From the IMG/VR virus record IMGVR_UViG_3300045988_061617, positions 1 through 64,000 of that record: a DNA stretch of 64,000 nucleotides; one strand, 5' to 3'. Below, one piece after another: positions 42,262 to 52,221 of this stretch. Under the pieces are notes generated by a model. It was not told the origin of the DNA and made no database searches. It saw only the letters and a list, made by a program, of their open reading frames with translations. A program made the translations under genes and the position numbers. The stretch is from a virus. Positions within the stretch are counted from its first letter, which is position 1. The number at the start of each line of letters is the position of its first letter.

Positions 42262-44034
42262 ATGCCAACTTCACCTCATGTAGATTTTAAGTTTAAGAAT
42301 AACAATGTTCTTCAAACTACTCCTATGTTAGGAGTTTCTTGTGTATTGGCTAGAACTACTAAGGGACCTTATGATGATCCTTCAGAAATTATTTCTACAT
42401 TCTCTCAGTTCCAAAGAATATACGGTTCTGAGATTGTACCAGATGGTTCTGTATCAAATATCGAAAAGGCTTTGCAAGGTGGTTCTAAGCTTCGTGTAAT
42501 TCGGGTATTAGGGCAAGGTGCTACCCAAGGTATCATCACGCAGACAGCAGATCAAAGAAAAGCTAAAACAGTTAAATCTGAAGAAGAGGGAATAGCTCCT
42601 ACTTCTGCTGTACCAGAACCTGCTAAACCCGCAGCAATTATAACCATTACCTCTGGTGGAACTACTTATAGTTTGGGATTAGTAACTAAGGGTTATGGAG
42701 ATCCTATTGGTACTGGGGCTACTTTCCAAGTAGGTTTTTATAAACAAGCTAATACCTTGTATTATAGAATCCATTCTGCTAATGGCCAGGTAATAGAGCA
42801 AGGACCAGTAATAACTTATAAAACCTCAGATGCTAATAATAATACTTCGGTAGATTATCTTGCTCTTAGTGCTTTTGCTAAAAATTCCGAATATCTTAAG
42901 CCGGTAGTAGTTACGGGGTCTTCTTTCGAGAACCTTATCAAATGGCTTACAGATACCGTGGATGGTTCAACTAGTTCTATTACTGTAACAGTCGGTGGAG
43001 AACAACCATCCGATACAGAGAAATTATTTAACGGTACCATTGGTAGTGCTGGTTCAGATCCTACTGCCGATGAATGGATTGCTTCACTGGACTTAGTAAA
43101 AGATTATACTGACTTCTACCAATTATTCATTTCCCATATCTCTCAACACCTTACTTCAGACTCAGATGTACTGAAAGTGTATAAGGCTGCTGCAGATATG
43201 GCAAAAGAATTGATGGAATGGGTACTTTATATTGAAGTTCCAAAGCATCTCACTCATTATACTGAAGGTACTCAAGCTAGGGATTATAAAGCTCAGGTAA
43301 CTTGGGTACAGACTTGTATGGGTACTGTTGGTAATTCTAAGTACATTGCCTATTTTGGGGGTGGACTTAAATATTACAATGAAAACGGTAATCTTCAAGA
43401 TTCAGATGTAGTGGGAACTATTGTTGGTTTGGGAGATGCTTCTGCTACTCAATACGGTCCTTGGAAATCCTTTGCTGGTATGAACCGTGGAGTTATTCCG
43501 GATGCCATTGGCCCAGTATGTTCAAACTATGGTTCACCCTCTAGGTATAATGAACTGAATACACTTGCTCAGAATTATATCAATGAGATGGTAATTAAAG
43601 ATACTCCGGATGCTGGTAAACAAACTATGCTATGGCATTGCTTCTCATCTCAAGTAAAACAAGATTCAGAAAGATTCCTTTCAATAGTAAGGCTTAATCT
43701 TTATCTGAAGAAGTTCCTTCGCCCTGTACTTAATAAGTATATTGAAGAGCCTAACGTTTGGGGTACTTGGAAGAGAATTTGGTTGGAGGTTAAACCTACT
43801 CTAGATTCTTTGGTAGATGAAGATGCCATGACCGAATATACCTGGATGGGTGACCAAGATGCAACTTCTTGGGATGACCTCTCGGTTAACAATGAGGCAG
43901 ATGCTCGTCAAGGTAAATACCGTGCTATCCTTAAGTATAAGGACGTAGTTCCTATGCAAGAGGTAACTATGGAGATCGTAATTGAGGCGGCTTCTAAGTC
44001 TGTATCAATTGTAGAAACAAATAATAACGCTTAA
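42262..44034 (+). CDS. tail sheath protein (contractile tail)
   Basis: 590-aa ORF directly followed by a tube-sized gene, the chaperones and the tape measure. Called on size and synteny. Confidence 0.6.
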   Translation: MPTSPHVDFKFKNNNVLQTTPMLGVSCVLARTTKGPYDDPSEIISTFSQFQRIYGSEIVPDGSVSNIEKALQGGSKLRVIRVLGQGATQGIITQTADQRKAKTVKSEEEGIAPTSAVPEPAKPAAIITITSGGTTYSLGLVTKGYGDPIGTGATFQVGFYKQANTLYYRIHSANGQVIEQGPVITYKTSDANNNTSVDYLALSAFAKNSEYLKPVVVTGSSFENLIKWLTDTVDGSTSSITVTVGGEQPSDTEKLFNGTIGSAGSDPTADEWIASLDLVKDYTDFYQLFISHISQHLTSDSDVLKVYKAAADMAKELMEWVLYIEVPKHLTHYTEGTQARDYKAQVTWVQTCMGTVGNSKYIAYFGGGLKYYNENGNLQDSDVVGTIVGLGDASATQYGPWKSFAGMNRGVIPDAIGPVCSNYGSPSRYNELNTLAQNYINEMVIKDTPDAGKQTMLWHCFSSQVKQDSERFLSIVRLNLYLKKFLRPVLNKYIEEPNVWGTWKRIWLEVKPTLDSLVDEDAMTEYTWMGDQDATSWDDLSVNNEADARQGKYRAILKYKDVVPMQEVTMEIVIEAASKSVSIVETNNNA

Positions 44035-44047
44035 ACACTTATAAATA

Positions 44048-44512
44048 ATGGGAGCAAAAGTAAAAAATCCAAGAAAGAAGTTTCTTTGGAGTATTATGTT
44101 TCCTAAGCACCCTATCAATACATACCTCTTTCAAACTTGTACTTTGCCAGATGTAGAAATTGATCAGGTAGCTCATGGAGATATTAATAGAGACGTTAAG
44201 ACTGCCGGTAGGGTAACAGTATCCAATTTGGTAGTAGAGAAACTTATGACTACTGCAGGTTCTGATACCTGGCTTCATGATTGGCTTTATTCTTGCCAAG
44301 ACATGATAGTTGGTGGAGGATTGGTACCAAGCCAATACTGGGAAACTGCAATAGTAAACGAACTTGCCGAAGATGGAGTCTCCGTTCTTAATACCCACAT
44401 CTATGAAGAAGTTTGGCCCTGTAAAATTACTGGCCTTGATTTGGATAGAATGGCTTCAGAGAATACCATTGAGTCTATTGAGTTCTCAGTTGGTACTGCA
44501 GACAAATATTAA
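44048..44512 (+). CDS. tail tube protein
   Basis: 154-aa ORF following the sheath gene. Its size fits a tail tube protein, but no tube motif was checked. Confidence 0.6.
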   Translation: MGAKVKNPRKKFLWSIMFPKHPINTYLFQTCTLPDVEIDQVAHGDINRDVKTAGRVTVSNLVVEKLMTTAGSDTWLHDWLYSCQDMIVGGGLVPSQYWETAIVNELAEDGVSVLNTHIYEEVWPCKITGLDLDRMASENTIESIEFSVGTADKY

Positions 44513-44544
44513 TTCCTTAGTTAATTTTTACTAAGATTCGGTGG

Positions 44545-44578
44545 AGGGGTGGGATTCCTGTGATAGGAGCTCACCCCT
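44545..44578 (+). terminator. hairpin terminator candidate
   Basis: AGGGGTG ... CACCCCT stem followed by TTCTT. Confidence 0.5.
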
Positions 44579-44633
44579 TTCTTGTTGTTATAGGGAATAC
44601 TATGAACATTTGTAATCAATTAAATTTATTTAT

Positions 44634-45395
44634 ATGGAATTTAGAACATTTAGTTTTACCGGACCCTCTGGTTATCAATATGAGATCAGAGAACAAAATG
44701 GTGCTGATGAAGACATTCTTAGCAACCTTAGTGATATGAAAAATTTGATGAACATAACTAAGTTCATCTCTGCCATCGTAGTAAAAACCGATGTTACACC
44801 TACGGGTAAATTAACTGTGGAAGATGCACTTAGTCTTCCAGTTAATGACAGATATTGTATTATATTTCAATCCCGTATTTTTTCTCTGGGTGAAGAAGTA
44901 GAATTTGAATATGATTGGGGTAAAGAGAATGGAGGTAAAGTAACTTATGGCCAAGATCTAAATGAATTCCTTTTCGACTTTAGTGATAGCCCCAATGAAG
45001 AAGAGATGGATAAGAAACCCGATGCTATCCCATTCTATCCCTATGGCAAGAGACTTAAAGATCATGAAGTAACCCTTGATTCAGGTAAGCTAATCAAATT
45101 TGACTGTATGAACGGCCATGGAGAACAAAAATTAGTATCAATGCCCTTGGATAAGCAAACTAAAAATGCTCCTCTTTTATGTAGAAACCTCTGCTTAGAG
45201 GTAGATGGTAAATGGGAAGTAGTAGAAAACTTTGCTATCTTTACTGCTAAAGATATGGCTCAAATTAGAAAACAGGTTGCTTCTATAGACCCCATATTCA
45301 AAGGAGAATCTCATATTACTAATCCAGTAACCGGAGAAGAAAGAACTTATCCTATTATATGGGCTCCAAGTTTTTTCTACCTGACGGAAGAGTAA
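44634..45395 (+). CDS. tail assembly chaperone (G-like) candidate
   Basis: Lies between the tube and tape-measure genes and carries a slippery heptamer 18 nt before its stop codon. Confidence 0.55.
   Translation: MEFRTFSFTGPSGYQYEIREQNGADEDILSNLSDMKNLMNITKFISAIVVKTDVTPTGKLTVEDALSLPVNDRYCIIFQSRIFSLGEEVEFEYDWGKENGGKVTYGQDLNEFLFDFSDSPNEEEMDKKPDAIPFYPYGKRLKDHEVTLDSGKLIKFDCMNGHGEQKLVSMPLDKQTKNAPLLCRNLCLEVDGKWEVVENFAIFTAKDMAQIRKQVASIDPIFKGESHITNPVTGEERTYPIIWAPSFFYLTEE
45371..45377 (+). promoter_or_regulatory. candidate -1 programmed ribosomal frameshift site T_TTT_TTC
   Basis: In the zero frame (AGT TTT TTC) the heptamer is X_XXY_YYZ. The -1 frame is open from here through 45538. Confidence 0.5.
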
Positions 45396-45538
45396 TGTTA
45401 GAGAGTGATTTTGTTTATATCACTAGAGCCGAGATAGCCTTAGACTATTTCGGCTTTTTACGCCTTCCGTATCGAATTAGGAAAATCTTCAAGGAGATGG
45501 CTGAACAATATTATAAACAATTAAAGAAAAGAAAATAA
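45395..45538 (+). CDS. -1 frame extension of the tail chaperone (GT-like) / 47-aa ORF
   Basis: ATG 45395 overlaps the upstream stop (TAATG). The frame is -1 relative to 44634..45395, and the ORF ends 3 nt before the tape-measure ATG. Confidence 0.45.
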   Translation: MLESDFVYITRAEIALDYFGFLRLPYRIRKIFKEMAEQYYKQLKKRK

Positions 45539-45541
45539 ATT

Positions 45542-47473
45542 ATGAATACCAGTAGGAGTATAATAGAGGTCGGTGTTGCCATGGTATTAAAGGATCGATT
45601 CTCTCAAGAAGCTGGCAAGATATCTGGATCATTCAGAACCATGATGAATGACATGAGTACTTGGAATAGAGGTATTCAGATGTCAGCTTCCAATACAATG
45701 GACTTCGGAATGCAGCTCGTAGGGGGGATGGCAAAGGCCTATAAGTACTCTGCGGGTGTTCAGAATGAAGTTTGGACAGCATCGAAGATTGCTGGTGCTA
45801 CTATTGCAGAGCAAAGGGAAATGTTACAATTGGCCAAAGATGTCAATGAGATAACTCCTCTTACGGCTGCCGATGTGGCATCAGGACAAAGGTACCTAGC
45901 TATGGCAGGTAATAAGTTTAATGCCATTAAAGAAATGATTGGGCCAGCATCTAAGCTTGCTTCAATCTTTACTATGCCAGTAGGACAGAAAGGTGGTGTA
46001 GCTGACTTGATGACTAACATCATGTCAATGTACCAAATACCAATGACTGATGCCGCTAGAGTAACCGATGATTTATTTACTGCTGTTACTAATGCAAATA
46101 TATCTTTAACAGACTTAGCCCAGTCTATATCTTATGCAGGGGCAGATATGGCAACTGCTGGAGTAGACCTTCGACAAACGGCTGCTGCTATTGGCGTATT
46201 GGGAGATATGGGTATACAGGGTTCTATGGCAGGTACTTCACTTGCTAATATGATACGTTACTTACAACTATCCCTTGTTAACCAAAAACAAAAAGGCTAT
46301 AACGCTTTAGCAGACTTAGGCTTAAGCCCCGATGAATTCTTTGATGCTCAGGGTAATCTTATAGACCTTTACACTATCTATCAAAAGTTTGCTAAGGCCG
46401 CAATAGATTTACCTTCACGAATCGAAACCCCAACCTTCTTCAATATCTTTGGAGTTCGTGGTAATAGAGGTATGCTTCCCGTACTTAGGGACATTGCTTC
46501 TGGTAGAGATAAGATGGGTAAAATACTTGCAACCTATGATCAAAATATTGGGGCAGTAAATAGGCTCAATGAAGAAAGGCTTCAAACGGATGCCGGTGTA
46601 ATAGATCAATGGGAATCTAGTTTAGAAAACTTAACCGTTACTGCAGGTGCTGCTTTGGGCAGAGTCTTTACACCCATCCTACAAGTTGGTCAAAAGATAG
46701 TGGGCGTAATAAACTCCATGGCTGAAACTTGGGGTGGAAGTTTTGCACTTAGAGTTGCTGCTACTGGAGTAGTAGTTGGTACCATTGTTGCAGGATTCAA
46801 TACCGTAAGAGGTATCATAAGGTCTGTTGGTTATTTGCAAACAATTGCTACAGCTTCTACTGAGGGTATGTCTACAGCAGCTATTAAGACTAATACTCAG
46901 TTTGCTATTATGGAAACTCATATGATAAGCATGGTGAATCATATGAGAACTCTGGTGCAATTACAAATGATGATGGGTGGGGTTAGTATGAATAAAGCTG
47001 GTAGGTTTTATAATACCAAAACTGGCCGGTATGTTAAAACTCCGAACCCAGGAATGCCACCAGCTACTTCACTTCTTGGTGGTGCAGTGGGTGGTACCAT
47101 AGTTAACCAAGCAGGTAAACAAGCTGCTAAAACTGTTGCTACTAAAGGATTAGCCTCTATAGGAGGTAGATTATTGGGATTACTTGGAGGACCCTGGGGA
47201 GCAGCTATTACGGTAGGTTTGCCATTATTAGTAGAAGTGGGTAGTAGACTTATAAGTTCTGTTGATAGGAATACTGATGCTCAAGGTAGAGATCAAGAAG
47301 ATCCTACTACTATTCGGGCTCAGAATGAAGAGAGGTTTTTAAATGCTATGAGGTCAGCTATTAGGGATGGGTTAAAGGATGGTAAGATTAACATAAGTGT
47401 AGATGGAGAAATCTTAGGAGATTACTCCTTAGGTTCCCAACAAGATTATACTGGTGTAGCATTAGGATTATAA
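45542..47473 (+). CDS. tail tape measure protein
   Basis: TAADVASGQRYLAMAG...LTDLAQSISYAGADMATAGVDLRQTAAAIGVLGDMGIQGSMAGTSLANMIRY is a TP901-type TMP core. Gly-rich hydrophobic C-terminal segments are also present. Confidence 0.9.
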   Translation: MNTSRSIIEVGVAMVLKDRFSQEAGKISGSFRTMMNDMSTWNRGIQMSASNTMDFGMQLVGGMAKAYKYSAGVQNEVWTASKIAGATIAEQREMLQLAKDVNEITPLTAADVASGQRYLAMAGNKFNAIKEMIGPASKLASIFTMPVGQKGGVADLMTNIMSMYQIPMTDAARVTDDLFTAVTNANISLTDLAQSISYAGADMATAGVDLRQTAAAIGVLGDMGIQGSMAGTSLANMIRYLQLSLVNQKQKGYNALADLGLSPDEFFDAQGNLIDLYTIYQKFAKAAIDLPSRIETPTFFNIFGVRGNRGMLPVLRDIASGRDKMGKILATYDQNIGAVNRLNEERLQTDAGVIDQWESSLENLTVTAGAALGRVFTPILQVGQKIVGVINSMAETWGGSFALRVAATGVVVGTIVAGFNTVRGIIRSVGYLQTIATASTEGMSTAAIKTNTQFAIMETHMISMVNHMRTLVQLQMMMGGVSMNKAGRFYNTKTGRYVKTPNPGMPPATSLLGGAVGGTIVNQAGKQAAKTVATKGLASIGGRLLGLLGGPWGAAITVGLPLLVEVGSRLISSVDRNTDAQGRDQEDPTTIRAQNEERFLNAMRSAIRDGLKDGKINISVDGEILGDYSLGSQQDYTGVALGL

Positions 47474-47484
47474 ATATACATATC

Positions 47485-48402
47485 ATGGCTAGAGTATTAA
47501 ATAAAGCAGCAGGTAAGGTTGTTGAAAAATATAATGACCTTACACGGGATACTTCAGGAGTTCTTACTGGACCCTTGAATAAACTATGGAGAGCAAGGAT
47601 ATTACTCAATAGAGCTACTTCAATTCTACCAAAGGATGATGCTCCAAAGGGGAAACTCTATGACCCTAATGGTGTTTTTGGAGAAGCTCAGATATCTTCT
47701 AAAAACCCAACTCTGAATAAACAACTCCAAGCGAAATGGAGGATGGAATTACAATTCCCCAGAATGGAAGAAGGAGAAGGAGTAGACCCAGCAAAAGGGA
47801 ATAAGAATACTACTAATTACCGAAACTTTGAAGTAAAAACTGAGATTATATATCAGAATGAGATAAGGATATACAATATGTCAGTTAATCCTACTCAACA
47901 TATTGTCTTACAAAATAGGCCACCAGAATTGGACTTTAGGGGTGAAACTACCTGGGCAACCATTAAGTCTATGGGACGTAATGTACCTATGTACCACTAT
48001 ACTGGAGCTGAGGACATTATTCAGTTTAATGTATCTTGGTACTGTAATGACCCAGAGAATCCCGAAGAGGTAGTAAATAAATGTAGGCTATTAGAAGCAT
48101 GGTCTAAATCCAATGGGTATCAGTCTGCTCCCCCAATCATCAAAATAGAATGGGGAAGTTCTGGCTTATTTGATGATCATCACTATATTATTACTTCAGC
48201 AACTTATACTCTGAAAAATTTTCAGAATGGCTATAGAATAAGAGTACCCGGTAAACCGGCAACTTTTGGTAATGGTAGGTTATTACCTGCAGCAGCTACT
48301 CAAGAATTAATTTTCAAGAGAGTAAGTGCATATAACTTATCCTATGGGGATTTTATAAATTCGGATTCACTTAAAAAGACGAAAGGTATTAAATATGATT
48401 GA
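47485..48402 (+). CDS. tail/baseplate-proximal protein, unknown role
   Basis: 305-aa ORF following the TMP. Confidence 0.6.
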   Translation: MARVLNKAAGKVVEKYNDLTRDTSGVLTGPLNKLWRARILLNRATSILPKDDAPKGKLYDPNGVFGEAQISSKNPTLNKQLQAKWRMELQFPRMEEGEGVDPAKGNKNTTNYRNFEVKTEIIYQNEIRIYNMSVNPTQHIVLQNRPPELDFRGETTWATIKSMGRNVPMYHYTGAEDIIQFNVSWYCNDPENPEEVVNKCRLLEAWSKSNGYQSAPPIIKIEWGSSGLFDDHHYIITSATYTLKNFQNGYRIRVPGKPATFGNGRLLPAAATQELIFKRVSAYNLSYGDFINSDSLKKTKGIKYD

Positions 48403-48685
48403 TGTTAACCAATACTTAATAGGAGCAAGTCCTTATAACAGTGCCTATGCCATAAACTACGGTGATGGAGATTATTCTTTGGAATCACCAATAGTTTCAG
48501 TACCGTCTTCTTCCAATGATCTACAACATACAGTTAAAGATGGCGAAACTTTACAGAATATTGCTTATAAGTATTTTAAAGATTCTGGTAAGTGGTATAT
48601 CATTGCAGAAGCTAATGGTATCTTAAATCCCTTTAAAGAATTGGAAAGTGGAACCATAATAAGGATACCAACGTATGGCAGCTAA
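48395..48685 (+). CDS. LysM-like tail protein (P2 gpX-like)
   Basis: HTVKDGETLQNIAYKYFKDSGKWYIIAEANGILNPFKELESGTIIRIP is a LysM-type fold signature. The size and position match P2 tail protein X. Confidence 0.6.
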   Translation: MIDVNQYLIGASPYNSAYAINYGDGDYSLESPIVSVPSSSNDLQHTVKDGETLQNIAYKYFKDSGKWYIIAEANGILNPFKELESGTIIRIPTYGS

Positions 48686-49166
48686 ACAGAAACCAATATT
48701 ATATAATGGAATGGGCCAACCATATATGGCTCTATTCGATTTTAGAGGTATGCCCATAATGAATCCCATTACAGGTATACCTCTTGGAGCTTACATTAGT
48801 ACTTGGAACTATAGGTACGATGAAGAAAAAGAGAACTTAGCTACGATTACTTTTGATACTGGAGATCCAGATACGGTAGATATTGAGGCTTTACAAGAGG
48901 GTAGTGTAATATGCCTACAATGGGGATATATTTATCCAGATGGCCAATTTGTATCGGGCCCAATTAAAACTATCAAAGTAAGGGATTTTAATGCCAAGTT
49001 TGATTCTACTGGTACTCATGTTACGATTCAATGTATAGATTCTATTGGTGATTTGAGATATCAGCCTCCTTATAATTTTTCTGAGGCATCAGAAAATAGC
49101 TTATCTACTTATTTAGATAACGGGTGTAATAATGGGACAGGTGTAATCATAGAAATATTTCAGTAA
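48675..49166 (+). CDS. hypothetical baseplate-module protein
   Basis: 163-aa ORF. Confidence 0.6.
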   Translation: MAAKQKPILYNGMGQPYMALFDFRGMPIMNPITGIPLGAYISTWNYRYDEEKENLATITFDTGDPDTVDIEALQEGSVICLQWGYIYPDGQFVSGPIKTIKVRDFNAKFDSTGTHVTIQCIDSIGDLRYQPPYNFSEASENSLSTYLDNGCNNGTGVIIEIFQ

Positions 49167-51070
49167 TGGAACAACGGATAATAAGCAATAAAGTATATGA
49201 GTCACTACAGGTGCCTACAGAAAATACTCGTACTACTACTGGAAAAGTACTTTATGCTAATAGATACAGTGGAGTAGCTCAAGTAAGTATGCCCGAAGAT
49301 TTAAAGGCATTAATGGATAGTGACTTTGGTTTAGTGGGTAAGAATATACTTATCCAACTGGAACAAAAAATGAAAGGCTATGGTAATGGTCCTTGGTATA
49401 TAGATTCTAGGGATGATGTTATTTATATACACAATAGGAAATTTCATGAAGAACCGGTAAGAGTCTATACCTATCAGGGAGAAAATGGGGAAGTGATTAG
49501 TGTTAACTTTTCTACTCAAAAAGTGACAAAAAGGGTTAAGGCTACTTTATCTCCTACTATAAATCCTGAAAGTAAAGACTTAGATGTATTGAGTACTGGG
49601 ATTGATGATACCGAAAAATTACCTGAAATAATGGCCAATGAAGCTAATGGGGTTTGGTATAAAAATTGGAAGACTTCTGTTGGTAAGTATGGTGCTGAGA
49701 ATAATCCAGAGGATATAGCTACTATCAGAGAGATGCAATTAAAACATACTCTTACTACTGATCCTAATATGAGGGCTGCTATTGAAGCTAGAAAACGTTT
49801 AGATAATAAATGGAATAAAGAAGTAGCAGAATACTCTGCTACTGATCCAGCTGAAGCTTATAATATGGGTAAAGAGAAATTTCTTAATGAGCTTAGCACT
49901 GATAAAGTAAGAGATATTATCAATAAGACTATTAAGCAAGAGGAGTTTCCCTCAGATCGGAGAGCTGCTTTAAATGCTGCACTTAATAATGTGGTTAATG
50001 GTAAAACTTTAAGTGAGGATCTATACAACATTCTTAAGGATTGTAAGTACTTATTTGAAGGTGAAGACCAAATGGAATACATGACCATAGAGGATGTAGA
50101 CCCAAGAGATTATGATCCAGAGCATGCTCCTAAAGGTGGGGCTACTGCTTGGGGAGTAGAGGATGAAGAAAGTATCTATAGAGGTATAGCGGCTTTAAAA
50201 CAAGGCCCTTATACAACCGTTATAGATGATACACCAGTTATAAAATACAAAAACCCTTTAAACCCAAGCTTAGGTATCTTTAGTATTACTGTAAAAGTTC
50301 AGCATTGGAAAAAAGCCAATGTTGAGATACCCCTATATAAACTTTATCACAACTTATTCAGTAGATATGGGGGAGTTGATAAGTGGGCTTGGGCAGCTAA
50401 TGCTAATGCTAATGGCGGTTTAAAATATACAGAGAGCAAACTAATTTGTCAGATGCAAGTAGTTGGAAGACCTCTATTGGCTTCTTCTCAGATATTAGTA
50501 TTAGAGAATGTGGGCAAACGATGGTCTGGGCCTTGGTATATAAAACAATGTACTCATTCTATGGATGCTGGTCAGGGATACATAACTAGTTTAGAATTAG
50601 TAAGAAATTCAAGTAAGGCAGGTTCTACTACATCCAAAGTGGGATTATCCACTCAAAGTGTAGTAGCTAATGATGCTCAAGCTAATGCCGTAACTTCTAA
50701 GGGTCAGAATAAGAAAGCTTTGAGTAATTCTAAACAATTAGATTTGAGTTGGACCTATAATGAGGTAGCTTACTTTATTGAATCGGGTATTATGGATAAA
50801 GAGGGAAAAGTATTAGATAGTAAACGTAAGGATGAGTTACTTAGGAAAAAGGCTTATTATACTGAGGTATTGGCTAAGACCCCAATAGAAAAAGCCGAGG
50901 GTATAGCAGTAACCTCTGGTAGTTTAACTACTTCCTCTGGTAAAGTATTCCCTGGAAAGATAACCATAAAAGATATTCAAGTACCCGACGACTATTGGGT
51001 TAAATTTGATTATATGGAGATAGCTACAAGAAGGTTTCAAGAATATATTAAAAATAAGGAAGTGAGGTAG
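49166..51070 (+). CDS. baseplate hub / P2 gpD-like protein
   Basis: VVGRPLLASSQILVLENVGKRWSGPWYIKQCTHSMDAGQGYITSLELVRN resembles the conserved gpD/Mu gp44 block. The position is before gpV. Confidence 0.55.
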   Translation: MEQRIISNKVYESLQVPTENTRTTTGKVLYANRYSGVAQVSMPEDLKALMDSDFGLVGKNILIQLEQKMKGYGNGPWYIDSRDDVIYIHNRKFHEEPVRVYTYQGENGEVISVNFSTQKVTKRVKATLSPTINPESKDLDVLSTGIDDTEKLPEIMANEANGVWYKNWKTSVGKYGAENNPEDIATIREMQLKHTLTTDPNMRAAIEARKRLDNKWNKEVAEYSATDPAEAYNMGKEKFLNELSTDKVRDIINKTIKQEEFPSDRRAALNAALNNVVNGKTLSEDLYNILKDCKYLFEGEDQMEYMTIEDVDPRDYDPEHAPKGGATAWGVEDEESIYRGIAALKQGPYTTVIDDTPVIKYKNPLNPSLGIFSITVKVQHWKKANVEIPLYKLYHNLFSRYGGVDKWAWAANANANGGLKYTESKLICQMQVVGRPLLASSQILVLENVGKRWSGPWYIKQCTHSMDAGQGYITSLELVRNSSKAGSTTSKVGLSTQSVVANDAQANAVTSKGQNKKALSNSKQLDLSWTYNEVAYFIESGIMDKEGKVLDSKRKDELLRKKAYYTEVLAKTPIEKAEGIAVTSGSLTTSSGKVFPGKITIKDIQVPDDYWVKFDYMEIATRRFQEYIKNKEVR

Positions 51071-51072
51071 TT

Positions 51073-51795
51073 ATGGGGTATGAAACTGCAAAGATAATAA
51101 CTGAAGATGGCATAGAGGGCCTTGGTAGATATTATTCGATATATAGAGGTATAGTTGTTGATAATAATGATACCGAAAAGAAAATGAATAGAGTAAAAGT
51201 ATGTATACCTGAAGTAATGGGTGGTACTTTTGCTTGGGCTTTACCAAAAGGACAACATGGTTCTATAAGTAATGGCTTTAAATTCCTGAGTCCTAAAGTT
51301 GGAGATATAGTATTCATTACTTTTGAATTTGGTGATCCAACTAAACCTCTTTGGGAATACCATGGTTGGGGCATGAATCAAATTCCTCAACCTTTAGATG
51401 GTCCTAATAAAATGGGTATAGTTACACCAGAAGGTAATCTATTGGTGATAGATGATGATAAAGGTACTCTAAATCTTTACTTTAACGGAAACATCTCTGT
51501 TTATTCAGAATCTAATGTGATAGTGTCATCCAAGAAAGATATTAATGTAGCTTCTGGGGATTCACTGATATTAAATACCGGAGAGAATGGTGGAATGATC
51601 AATATCTCTCAGTTAACAGAAAAGTTAAATAGTTTAGTATTAGAGCTAGAACAACTTCGAAGTATGTTTAATTCTCATGTACACTCAGGTGTAACTACTG
51701 GACCAGGTTCATCTGGTCCTACTGTAACTCAAGTAACTAAACCTTTCTCACAATTTGTCGTAGACGATTATGAGGATAAAACCTGTATACACTAA
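51073..51795 (+). CDS. baseplate central spike (gpV / Mu gp45-like)
   Basis: YRGIVVDNNDTEKKMNRVKVCIPEVMGGTFAWALP...VGDIVFITFEFGDPTKPLW is an OB-fold spike signature. Confidence 0.7.
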   Translation: MGYETAKIITEDGIEGLGRYYSIYRGIVVDNNDTEKKMNRVKVCIPEVMGGTFAWALPKGQHGSISNGFKFLSPKVGDIVFITFEFGDPTKPLWEYHGWGMNQIPQPLDGPNKMGIVTPEGNLLVIDDDKGTLNLYFNGNISVYSESNVIVSSKKDINVASGDSLILNTGENGGMINISQLTEKLNSLVLELEQLRSMFNSHVHSGVTTGPGSSGPTVTQVTKPFSQFVVDDYEDKTCIH

Positions 51796-52220
51796 TGGAA
51801 AAGAATTACTTTACAGACTTAGTTGGTATAGGAGTAACTTATCCTATTCAACTTACTACTAATGAAAATGGGGGAAGAGGTTGGTACCCAGTCAATGGGG
51901 ATTTTAAACTTATCAGAGATAATATAAGTTCTATCTTATATTACATGATAGGCCAAAGATTCAGACAAGAAGAATTTGGTAGTAAACTTTGGCAATGTAT
52001 TGAGGAACCAAACTCACAAGCCCTAAGTTTTATAATTAAAGAGTTTTTAAAACAAGCAATAGGTGCATGGGAACAAAGGATAACCTTCCAAAGTATTACC
52101 GTTACTAGAGTTGATGCAAAAATACACATAGAAGTAGCTTATGTAGTAAATGGAACAAATTCTAGTCAGTACCTTGATATCACCTATGATCGTTCTGATA
52201 ATTCATTAAATACACAATAA
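51795..52220 (+). CDS. baseplate wedge protein gpW / T4 gp25-like
   Basis: GVTYPIQL...IRDNISSILYYMIGQRFRQEEFGSKLWQCIEEPN fits the GPW_gp25 pattern (i.qsi..iL.T..GER...p.fGs.l). Confidence 0.7.
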   Translation: MEKNYFTDLVGIGVTYPIQLTTNENGGRGWYPVNGDFKLIRDNISSILYYMIGQRFRQEEFGSKLWQCIEEPNSQALSFIIKEFLKQAIGAWEQRITFQSITVTRVDAKIHIEVAYVVNGTNSSQYLDITYDRSDNSLNTQ

Positions 52221-52221
52221 T

